Assembly (NCBI GenBank): GCA_001661245.1
Contig: KV454012.1
Span: forward strand, 340,147 to 404,146
Reading direction: 5' to 3'
Source of the DNA: Pachysolen tannophilus NRRL Y-2460
Lineage: Eukaryota
DNA length: 64,000 nt
Both the position numbers and the translations under genes were made by a program. Numbering within the stretch: position 1 is the stretch's first letter; each line of letters begins with the position of its first letter. The notes under the pieces were generated by a model. That model ran no database searches. It worked only from the letters and a program-made list of their open reading frames with translations, and was not told the origin of the DNA. Shown here piece by piece: positions 24,868 to 34,048 of this stretch.

Positions 24868-26122
24868 ATGTCTTCTACTAATAGTGTGAGTGGAGATTCC
24901 ACGAATGATATAAATTCACATTGTAAGTTGAAAAAAAAAAAAAATTTAAAACTGATTTAGTATATATATATATATATATGTATATATTATGACATGGATA
25001 TTTGACTAACAATTAAATATAGTAATTTATACAACTTTAACATCAAATTCGACTACTTTGTATACTAATGAAAATTTGAATATTACTTCTTGTTTGAATA
25101 TTAATTGCACTGAACTTGTCTCTGAGGAATTGGGTTATATAAATTCAAATAAGGATAGTGCACATAGTAGTAGTCTTGGTAGCGCTAATGGTAATGGGTT
25201 GAAAAAGACAGGGAATTTTGGTAGTATTATAATAAATGGTAATACTTTATATCGAGGTTCCATTACGGTTAATTTAATGTTATATTATTTCAAATATTTA
25301 TTGCCAAGTAATGATTTGATTACAATAGTGACGATATGTACAGATAAGTTGAATCAAAATTTTGTTTTAAATGTCTTAAATCGAATTTTGAAAGAATATA
25401 AAATTTTTAAAGAAGAACAAGATCTGTTGATTTCGGACCAAAAGACCAAACTTGCTAATAATAACCTGAATCAAAATAGTAACGCTGTTGGATCCACTTA
25501 TTTCCATTTTGGACATCAACAGCAACCACAACAACAGCAAAATTCATCATCCCCTAAATCTCCTAAGAATGAAGATGGTACTACTATTGTTGGTGATATA
25601 GACAAGCATAAAGAACCAAATAAGTTAGAATTTAAGATAAAATTTAATCAAATTATAAAATTTGAAGAATTGAAGTTATCTAAATATAAAAACTATTATT
25701 CTGCACTGAATAATAGTAATGGAAATACTTTTGGTAATGCTGATGAAGTTGGATTGGCAAATGACGAAATTGATGAAGTGCGTAATATGATGAACGAAAA
25801 CATTGAAAGAGTGATAGACCGTGGAGAGAGGATCAGCTTATTAGTGAACAAGACTGATCGGTTAAATAATGTTTCGAGTTCTTTCAGAAGAAGAACAATC
25901 TCTATTAGAAGAAAATTTTGGTGGAAAAATTTTAAATTCTTCCTGATGTTGAGTGCATTACTAGTCATCTTTATGTACTTATTTGGAGGTGAGTTTTGTG
26001 GACTACCGCTTTACTCCAAATGCTTTGAGCATGGTGGAGGTAGTGATGGCGATGGCAGCGGTCGTAGTAGTGGTGGTGGTGGTGGTGGTAATGGTGGCCA
26101 TACCGGTGCTTTATTGGACTAG
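24868..26122 (+). CDS. Longin R-SNARE (VAMP7/Nyv1-like); exons 24868-24922 and 25023-26122
   Basis: Synaptobrevin motif EIDEVRNMMNENIERVIDRGERISLLVNKT...WWKN plus TM helix; intron GTAAGT...GACTAAC...TAG is frame-consistent. Confidence 0.85.
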
Positions 26123-26321
26123 TGATTGGGTACCGATTTGGAAAGGGAAAGCTGTAATAATATAGAATTAGTTGAGTTTTTAATGAAGTACTTTGAAGTC
26201 TTTGCTAGATTTATAGTTTACAAAAATTAGAAAATAAAGTTCGTGGTTAAAGTAGTAATAATAATAAAATTAAGAAAAAAAAAGTAACATATATATATAT
26301 ATATAGACATTTTTTGGTTAA

Positions 26322-27374
26322 CTATTCATCCACTTCATCATCTTCTTCATCATCTTCGTCTTCACCTTCAGTAGCTGATTTGAAATTTTCTTCGTGATTT
26401 TCATTTTCTTCACCTTCTAATTCTATATGTTCTTTTTCGAGTATTTGAGAAGGATTCAATTTTTGCTGTGAGTTTTGGGCATGATCTTCATCATCATCAT
26501 CATCGTCATCCTCTTCTTCTTCTTCTTCTTTTTCTTCTTCTGCAACATTTGCCTCGTCATTGTCTTCGCCATTGTCATCGTCATCATCATCATCATCATC
26601 ATCACCGTCTTGCTCTTGTTTTTCCTTTTCTGTATCCTCTCCTTTGGCAACCGTATTACCTTTGTTATCTTTTAACTTTTTTGGTTTCTTTTCAGTTTCC
26701 TTTGTCTCTTCATCCTCTACTTCCTCCTCATTCACACTAGCATCTTCCTTATCATCATTAAGATTTTGTTCTCCAATAGCTTCTTGTTTTTGTTTTTTCT
26801 TTAATTGCAGTTTCAGTGTAAAATTTTCTAATTCATCTTTTATAATTGGAATATAAGAATCAAATCCAGTAAGTTCTAATGCATTTATAATATCTTGTGC
26901 ATTGACCGTTTTCCTATTTGCATCCTTAGCTATCTGCGTAGCATGATGGAAAAGGTGACTTATATATACAACACTACTTCTTTGAATCAATGTTAATGAA
27001 TCTTTAGCTAATATAAAAGAAGATTTTTCAGGAAGATTTTCTTCTTCTTCTATATTATTATTACCTTCATTTTCTTCAGAATTTTTTTCTGGAATTAAAA
27101 CAGACTTTGCTATTCTTGCAATGGTTGCCTTGGGGAAAAGAATTTCCTAAATCAAAAAAAAAAAAAAAAAAAACAAACCTCATATTAGTACTCAAAATCA
27201 TCAATTAATTAATTTTAAAATAAAATCTTTTAAACTTACATCTATCGAAATAATCTCATGATTTGACAGTTGCAGTTGCTGCAGCGGCAGCGGCAGCAGC
27301 AGCAGAACTCCAGATGGATTATTTCCATCAGACGAATCTTGCAGCTGGCTCTTCCTCCACCCTTTAGCTGGCAT
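26322..27374 (-). CDS. DPB4: DNA polymerase epsilon/ISW2 histone-fold subunit; exons 27374-27240 and 27146-26322
   Basis: MPAKGWRK start, ISID|EILFPKATIARIAK, histone fold (RKTVNAQDIINALE), acidic tail; GTAAGT donor, TACTAAT branch, TAG acceptor. Confidence 0.92.
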
Positions 27375-27449
27375 ATTCTATAAACCTTTTTTTTTTCTTA
27401 AGTTTTAGTTGTATCTTTTACCATATAAAAATATATATATACTTTTTCA

Positions 27450-27455
27450 ACGCGT
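27450..27455. promoter_or_regulatory. MCB element upstream of DPB4
   Basis: ACGCGT 76 bp upstream of the ATG of a replication gene in very AT-rich DNA. Confidence 0.5.
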
Positions 27456-27924
27456 TTTTCTTCATACTAATTCTCTTTTTCTTTTTACTTTCTTGGGGAT
27501 TTGAAGTAGTGCAGCGCTAACTCAAAAAAACTAAAAAGAGAAATTTAAGCGTGTGGCTGCAGAATGAAATAAGATAGAGATGAGGACAGAGATTTAAAAA
27601 AAAAAAAGTAATAGCAAACATATAAACATATAATAAATATATATACAAAGAAGAATTAGACGCTGTTTATAAAAAAGTTACTTTTATAAATTATTGTTTT
27701 AAAATAGTATTGAAACTATTTTAATAAAAGACAAGGTGAATAGATAAATTGAATTATATTGAGAAAAAGAGAGAAAAAAAATTTTGTTTTTGTTTTTTAA
27801 ATTTTTCGAAAAGGGGTGGTAATAGGGATATGCATAGTTTTAAGGTAATATTAATAAAGTATTAAGATTAAAAGAAAAAAAAAAAAAAAAAAAAAAAAAA
27901 GAGAGTGGATTTGAGGATTTGAAA

Positions 27925-30900
27925 ATGGGTGACCATAAGGTGGATGATACAATTCGAATACCTAGAAGATCGTTTACTGCTTTTAGATTAACGTATTGTA
28001 CTTCAAGACAAATTTCGAAAAACTCAGAAGTTATCTTGTTGGGGCCAATTCCAAATATATGGGTTACAAGTAGGTCTTCAGTGGTTTTAAAATCAATGGC
28101 TCGGTTGTCTCATAGAGAGAAAGTTAAAGATGTAATTTATAGGAAATGCAGATCAGTTGATGAGACTCTCAAGGAATGGGAGGCTTTTGATCTGACAAGT
28201 ACAGAAGAAGAAGAGGAAGAAGAAGAGCTGCGGCGCGAGAGAGAGGTTCGCTCTACAATCAGTCCTCTGGTGCCTTTGAAAAAATTACCAGAATTAACTA
28301 TCCAAGGTTTTGAGAAAGCATCAGATAGTAGAAATGGTCATAGGCAAATTACTACAGGAGGCTCAACAAGTTCAGAAATTAACAATTCTTATACAACAAC
28401 TACTGCAACAGAAAATTCAGATTCTGTAGGTGTATATGCCAATCATAGTGTCATAAATAATGTTCTTCAACCTTTATTTAGATATGATTCAAAAATATCA
28501 AAAAATACACACTCAAGGGGTAAAAAATTTAATGAAAGAAGAAGCATTGATGAAAATATCAATAGTCTGGAATATAAATCAAAAATAATAGGTTGGAATA
28601 ACGATATTGAAGATTTATCAATACTAAGAGATTCTTTTAATTTAGAAAATGAAAATGAAAACGAAAATACTATAAAATTAACTACCTTACCACAAAATAA
28701 TAATATAATTAATAATGATCAATATCGAATGCTTTCTCAAACTGGTGGACTTTCAAGTAGTACTCTTATTCATGATGATAAAGAAAAGAATAAAAAAATA
28801 AAATCATCCAATGTTGAACCAAATGGTTTCAACACTCAGCGGAACCTTAAATCATTAAATAATACTTCTCCTAAAACAGAAATTATAGACCCTGGTCCTA
28901 AATCCATTAATTCACAAATTTTAAGTCAAACAAAAAGGAATAACTCACTGCCAATATCAAGAAGGGTAGAACCCCAAATTAAAGAAAAGTTGAATATAGA
29001 TCAACAGCCGCTAATTTCTTCCATATATGCCAATATCCACGCACGACAGTTGGCTAATGAAAGTAAATATTCTGAAAAATCAAGTAATCTTCAATCAGGT
29101 ATATCCAATAACAATACTGAAAACTATGCAACAAAGTCGTTATCTTTATCATATAAAAGTGCAAAAGGTGATTTACTGCTAACTGATAGCAGCAAAACTC
29201 ATGATCACGATCATGATCATGATCCAAATGTTGAAACTGTAAACTCTTCACTCAATAACGAAGATTCAATTTTGCTATTCCAAAAAAAGCTTCCATTGAG
29301 GCAAAACATTTATGATGACCAAACTAATCAGGAATCTGAATTTTCTAAAAACTTACCTCAGGTATTGAACGGTGATAATAAAAAAACACAAACGAAAAGT
29401 CTGTCTCCTAGTTTTGAAGATAAAGCATCCTTAAATGCTTTCCTGACAACTTATTCAGTTCCTGGTGCCAGTTCATTATCTTCTAATTCTAATTCTTTGA
29501 GCTTAACAGATGATTCTCAAAAGCAAAAAAACAATCAAGTTCCAAAAACTTTACAACATTCCGAAGAAACTACAAAAAACGCAAGCTTTTTCAAAGTATC
29601 ATTTGCTAACCCTGAAAAGAAAAGGACAAAAGGTTCAACGATCAGTAAACTTGGTGCTAATGGTGTTCTGATTAAAAAAATAAGACCCAAGCCTTTGAAC
29701 GCAGAGCATCGATCATTGGTCTATCCAGTAGAGGCAAAACATTATCAAATATTGAAAAGATTAGAAAAAAGAGCTTTCAGCGTTAAACATAAATTCACAA
29801 AAGAGGTTGAAAACTTGGAGAAAAAGAGACGTTTGAAACTGAAGCTAAAGAATTTTCAAAATGGATCAATTATAAAAGTGGAAAAAATGCTTGTTCTAGT
29901 TAAAACTTCTCTTTCTTCTATATGTCATACCGTAGCGGTTTCTGGCCTAATGGAGAACGAGGGGTGCGACACCAGAGTTGTTGAGAGATGGAAGGAATAT
30001 ATTGTGGTAGTAAGATCAACAGGTGACTTGGAAAATCCACTTTACATTCAATTTTACAGAAACAGGAAGATTCCAGAGAAACAGACATCACAGAAGAATG
30101 AATTTGATTTTAAATTAAATATTCATACTAGTATCGTTAAATTTTATAGCTCACTTGACAAGACAATTTCCATCACTATGAAAAATTCTGAGAATGGTAG
30201 CTATATGTTTTATATATTGAGAACAAGTACTCAGTCTTCAGCAATACGATGGCATTCATTTTTTCAGGAAATTTTGGGTTACAAAGTGAAATCAAAGCTT
30301 AGGTTGGATCTCCCTGAGCTTGATGTATCTATGAATATAAGTATACCTTACTGTGATTTTGAAAGGATTATCAAAGAGGGTCAGAGGAGAAAAGAAGAGT
30401 TTGAAATATTAGTCAAAAATAAAGGATACAAAGTTGAACAAATAGCATTTTCAGATTACTTGATTAATATCATTGCGAAAAACTTGAAAGAGTGCAACTT
30501 GTATCATGAAAAGATAAAATTTTTGGAGTATCAGGATCATCTATTCTCTTTTGCATGGAAACATTATGATCGATTAGAATGGATATTTGGCGAAAATCAA
30601 AATTTACTATATGGAAAATGGTCAATGGGTTCAACGCATACGTTGGAATTTAGGTCAGCCAAACATTATCCAACAACTGTTTTAACAACTGAAGGAAGAC
30701 ATGTATCTGAGCCTATCCCAATAGAAGGATTTTTAGGCAGATTAACTTCAAGATCTGGAAAAGATATTTCTTCCTTTCTTAAAAAACCAATTTTCAAATT
30801 AAAGTACTTCTACACTAACGATAATATGTTAATGTTCTGTAAACCTTCAAGAGCCATACCCCCGTTGCCTGAATCAATCGATTTTGAATCTTGTTTTCAG

Positions 30901-32118
30901 AATGGCGAGAGACTCAAGGAAGTTATTAATTCGATGCCAGCAATTTATCAGAAAAACCCATTCAAGTTGGATGATAACGATCATATTGAGTGGCTAAAGC
31001 CAGGCATGAGTAAAGCTGAGTTTATCCAAAAGGACAGGCATGCGTTACAAGAAATGGAACGAAAAATATCTCTGGTTACCAGAGCAGATGGTTTAATTGA
31101 TATGTGTCAAATAATACAGGTTAAATCAGTTCCAGTTAGTGAAATCAAAAATATAATCAAAACTGCTAGTAGTTTACTTTGGACTTCCTCGCCTACTCAT
31201 GTTAATGACATGAATTTAGTGGATGCTTGTTTTGATATAATATTGAATGATGGTGGAATTATTAGGTTACAGGCTCCTTCAAGATCTATTAAATATGAAT
31301 GGATCGCCAAGTTAATTCAAATGAGAGATTATTGGATTCAAAGGAAAAAAGATGATTTATCGAGATTAATGAGAGTCAGGCAAAAAAACATGGAGATTTT
31401 ACATGCTAGCGAATATGTTGAGTCTACAATTTCTCATTCTACACCTAAGTGGGAGACTTCAAGAGGTATTGCAGACTCCTATATATACAACGTCAGTGGT
31501 ACGGCATTATCAAGATGTGTCGTGATGAGTGGAATCTTATATCAAAAACCTAAAAAGCATTCAGTTTTTACAAAATACTTTGTCGTATTATGTCCCGGGT
31601 TCATAATTTTATACAGTATGTTCAAAAGAAATCACTCAGGTTTTGTTAAAAGTACTACTGATTATAGACATTATTTAACAATTCCAGTCCATGAAAGCTA
31701 TGTGTATTCAGGGATGAATACCACACTAGACTTACTAGATAGAAATGAAGAGTTTGATGAGATCCACCCGGGGCACTATTCGTTGCCAAGAATTTATCCT
31801 GATTTCTGGAAATCTTCAGAAGAAGAATCGGAAAGATGTTTTACCTTGTGGTTCGGTACCAAAAGAGCTATTGCAGGCAAAAAAGAGCATATAAATAGGA
31901 GGACTAATGATAGTCACGCTAGCTTACAAAATTCACAAATAAATTCCTCTCGAAATCCTGGGTTAATCAGAATGGTAAATAGATTAGGAGTCACTGGTAG
32001 AAGCATTGTGTTTATGGCAAGGTCAAGACAAGAAAGAGACTTGTGGGTTACAAGGTTACTCTCCCAGATTGAAAGGTTTGCGGTTTTAGATTATGATGAG
32101 ATCAAGTTGGTTCATTAG
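27925..32118 (+). CDS. SPO71: Prospore membrane PH-domain protein
   Basis: IPRRSFTAFRL N-terminus, EKMLVLVK...DTRVVERWKEY, WKHYDRLEW, EPIPIEGFL, SGILYQKPKKHS, C-terminal FMARSRQERDLWV. Confidence 0.9.
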   Translation: MGDHKVDDTIRIPRRSFTAFRLTYCTSRQISKNSEVILLGPIPNIWVTSRSSVVLKSMARLSHREKVKDVIYRKCRSVDETLKEWEAFDLTSTEEEEEEEELRREREVRSTISPLVPLKKLPELTIQGFEKASDSRNGHRQITTGGSTSSEINNSYTTTTATENSDSVGVYANHSVINNVLQPLFRYDSKISKNTHSRGKKFNERRSIDENINSLEYKSKIIGWNNDIEDLSILRDSFNLENENENENTIKLTTLPQNNNIINNDQYRMLSQTGGLSSSTLIHDDKEKNKKIKSSNVEPNGFNTQRNLKSLNNTSPKTEIIDPGPKSINSQILSQTKRNNSLPISRRVEPQIKEKLNIDQQPLISSIYANIHARQLANESKYSEKSSNLQSGISNNNTENYATKSLSLSYKSAKGDLLLTDSSKTHDHDHDHDPNVETVNSSLNNEDSILLFQKKLPLRQNIYDDQTNQESEFSKNLPQVLNGDNKKTQTKSLSPSFEDKASLNAFLTTYSVPGASSLSSNSNSLSLTDDSQKQKNNQVPKTLQHSEETTKNASFFKVSFANPEKKRTKGSTISKLGANGVLIKKIRPKPLNAEHRSLVYPVEAKHYQILKRLEKRAFSVKHKFTKEVENLEKKRRLKLKLKNFQNGSIIKVEKMLVLVKTSLSSICHTVAVSGLMENEGCDTRVVERWKEYIVVVRSTGDLENPLYIQFYRNRKIPEKQTSQKNEFDFKLNIHTSIVKFYSSLDKTISITMKNSENGSYMFYILRTSTQSSAIRWHSFFQEILGYKVKSKLRLDLPELDVSMNISIPYCDFERIIKEGQRRKEEFEILVKNKGYKVEQIAFSDYLINIIAKNLKECNLYHEKIKFLEYQDHLFSFAWKHYDRLEWIFGENQNLLYGKWSMGSTHTLEFRSAKHYPTTVLTTEGRHVSEPIPIEGFLGRLTSRSGKDISSFLKKPIFKLKYFYTNDNMLMFCKPSRAIPPLPESIDFESCFQNGERLKEVINSMPAIYQKNPFKLDDNDHIEWLKPGMSKAEFIQKDRHALQEMERKISLVTRADGLIDMCQIIQVKSVPVSEIKNIIKTASSLLWTSSPTHVNDMNLVDACFDIILNDGGIIRLQAPSRSIKYEWIAKLIQMRDYWIQRKKDDLSRLMRVRQKNMEILHASEYVESTISHSTPKWETSRGIADSYIYNVSGTALSRCVVMSGILYQKPKKHSVFTKYFVVLCPGFIILYSMFKRNHSGFVKSTTDYRHYLTIPVHESYVYSGMNTTLDLLDRNEEFDEIHPGHYSLPRIYPDFWKSSEEESERCFTLWFGTKRAIAGKKEHINRRTNDSHASLQNSQINSSRNPGLIRMVNRLGVTGRSIVFMARSRQERDLWVTRLLSQIERFAVLDYDEIKLVH

Positions 32119-32146
32119 ATTTGTTTTTGAATATTTCCCATGTTTT

Positions 32147-33538
32147 ATTGTTTCACTTCAAACACCAAAACCTTCGGTCTTAAAAATAGAAGCATTAAAT
32201 GCAGATGACCAGTATTTAAGCAGCGATAATGCATCTGTTGTGGAAAAATGGGGGGCCGCATTGAGCGATTTGGAAATGTTGTTTCCGAACGAATTCCTAA
32301 CTGGAACAATTGAATTATCTGACATTGGAGATGAAGATTGTTCTGCCTCGACTATACAACGAAATTCATTGGCAACTACTATAGGAAGAGATGAAAATTT
32401 CCAGATTTCGGATGTTAATATGCTGAGTTTGAGTGCTAATTTATTAAACATCTCGACAAGATCTTCTTATTTCCCACGGAAATCGCAAAACGCCATTATC
32501 CTTATTCTAAATCAATATAACATGTCACAGAATTCAGTAACAATTTTCAAAAATATAATTAGAGCTTTAGCATTGATTGAGTTAGAAATTTTTTTTGTGT
32601 CGACAGAAAAAGTATCATTATCGCTTGAATCAGGTTATAAATCAAAGGCAGTTATCTTGAAGAATAACTGTGAACAGGAACTTATTGATGCGTTGGATAA
32701 AGGGAAGGATAACAGTTCTTTTTCAAACCAAGAAGGAAACTTATCAACGGTAATAAATGAATATTTGCTGGAATGTAAATATCCATTAGAGCAGATTGCA
32801 ACTGTGGTTTTATCAAATTTATCGCTAAACTTGAATAATTTTCCAACCATAAAGAATATATTTATTGAAATTGGCGTTGTAAATAATAAGAATAGCCCAC
32901 TTGAAATATATTCGTACCCTCAAGATAGGACCACGGTCAAGTTAAATTCTTGGGATGATGTGATGGAAAGAATATGCGGTGAATTAGATTTGTCTTTTGA
33001 TCGAATTAATGATAATGATCAACAACAAGAAAACAGAAACTCTATCAAAAGTATTTTTGGTTTTGGTTTTGGTTTTGGTACTGGTACTGGTAAGAATATC
33101 TCTCCCAGGCAATCCGAAGATAGTTCACTTAAAAAACAGAACCTAGGATTACCAATTACTGATGATTTCAGTAAGCATGATTCGGAAAGTATTTCTTCAG
33201 AGAGTGACTCAGATGCTGAAGTAATTGACGAATTATTAGAAAATTTTGATACCAGCGATATTGATGCAGATTCAACTACATACAAGGATACCTATCCCAA
33301 CACTAACAAACCAGTTGACTTGTTTTGTGAACTGATTAATTCAGAAGATAAAAAAGCGAATGCGATTGAAAACATTGATACATCTGCCTTAAATCCAAGA
33401 ATCTGGTCTGAAAATTCAAAATTGAATTACAAAATTGAAAGTAGGCAGAGAATGGACAATAGTTCAGGTAGATGGAGTTCGCTTTTTTCAGATATTGACC
33501 GTGCTCTATATGAAACTTCTAAATCCCCATATGAGTAA
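32147..33538 (+). CDS. STE5: Inverted C-terminal half of the Ste5-like scaffold (end of PH domain, VWA-like region, acidic tail); left boundary approximate
   Basis: Begins mid-domain: TPKPSVLKI...YLSSDNASVVEKWGAALSD...FP, resembling the last strands and Trp-containing helix of a PH domain. The nominal ATG at 32093 lies inside SPO71 and leaves no promoter space. Confidence 0.75.
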   Translation: MVSLQTPKPSVLKIEALNADDQYLSSDNASVVEKWGAALSDLEMLFPNEFLTGTIELSDIGDEDCSASTIQRNSLATTIGRDENFQISDVNMLSLSANLLNISTRSSYFPRKSQNAIILILNQYNMSQNSVTIFKNIIRALALIELEIFFVSTEKVSLSLESGYKSKAVILKNNCEQELIDALDKGKDNSSFSNQEGNLSTVINEYLLECKYPLEQIATVVLSNLSLNLNNFPTIKNIFIEIGVVNNKNSPLEIYSYPQDRTTVKLNSWDDVMERICGELDLSFDRINDNDQQQENRNSIKSIFGFGFGFGTGTGKNISPRQSEDSSLKKQNLGLPITDDFSKHDSESISSESDSDAEVIDELLENFDTSDIDADSTTYKDTYPNTNKPVDLFCELINSEDKKANAIENIDTSALNPRIWSENSKLNYKIESRQRMDNSSGRWSSLFSDIDRALYETSKSPYE

Positions 33539-33849
33539 AACCTTCCTTTGCATAGTTCAAGTTAGACATTAATCATTAATTGATATGGGAAAAAAAACAA
33601 CAGATTTCGGATAACTACAAATTTTTCTACCACCTATGTAATATTTTCATAATCCTTTGTGACAAATTTGAAATTACTTTACATAGAATGTACATAAGAC
33701 ACTTGAATATAAATATACATCTTTTTTATATTCCAGATAATAGTTGAGGTATATCAATCAATCAAACTTTTTAGGCTTTTTAGTTATATCCAAATTTATA
33801 GTATGACAACCAACCTGTAAGCTTCAAATTTTACACATCTTCATAAATA

Positions 33850-33931
33850 GGCAACGTGGCCGAGCGGTTAAGGCGAAAGATTAGAAATCTTTTGGGATTT
33901 TCCCGCGCAGGTTCGAGTCCTGCCGTTGTCG
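33850..33931 (+). tRNA. tRNA-Ser(AGA), 82 nt with long variable arm
   Basis: Acceptor GGCAACG/CGTTGTC, discriminator G, A-box TGGCCGAGCGG, anticodon arm AAAGA-TTAGAAA-TCTTT, variable arm GGGA-TTT-TCCC, T-loop GTTCGAGTCC, followed by an oligo-T terminator. Confidence 0.98.
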
Positions 33932-34048
33932 TTTATTTTTTATTCTCTAATTTTTTTTTTTTCCTTTTTAGGAAGATACGTATGCATAAGAAATCATGTT
34001 TAATACCTTTTACCTAAAATTCTATTTAATTAGCAAAAGCAAAACACT

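Noticed and set aside
32093..32146. Independent 481-aa gene starting at ATG 32093
   Set aside because: The ATG is inside the SPO71 coding end, the first ~18 residues translate T-rich UTR-like DNA, and the remainder reads as the continuation of Ste5.
33850..33931. tRNA as the reassigned CUG decoder
   Set aside because: The anticodon is AGA, an ordinary Ser tRNA, not CAG.
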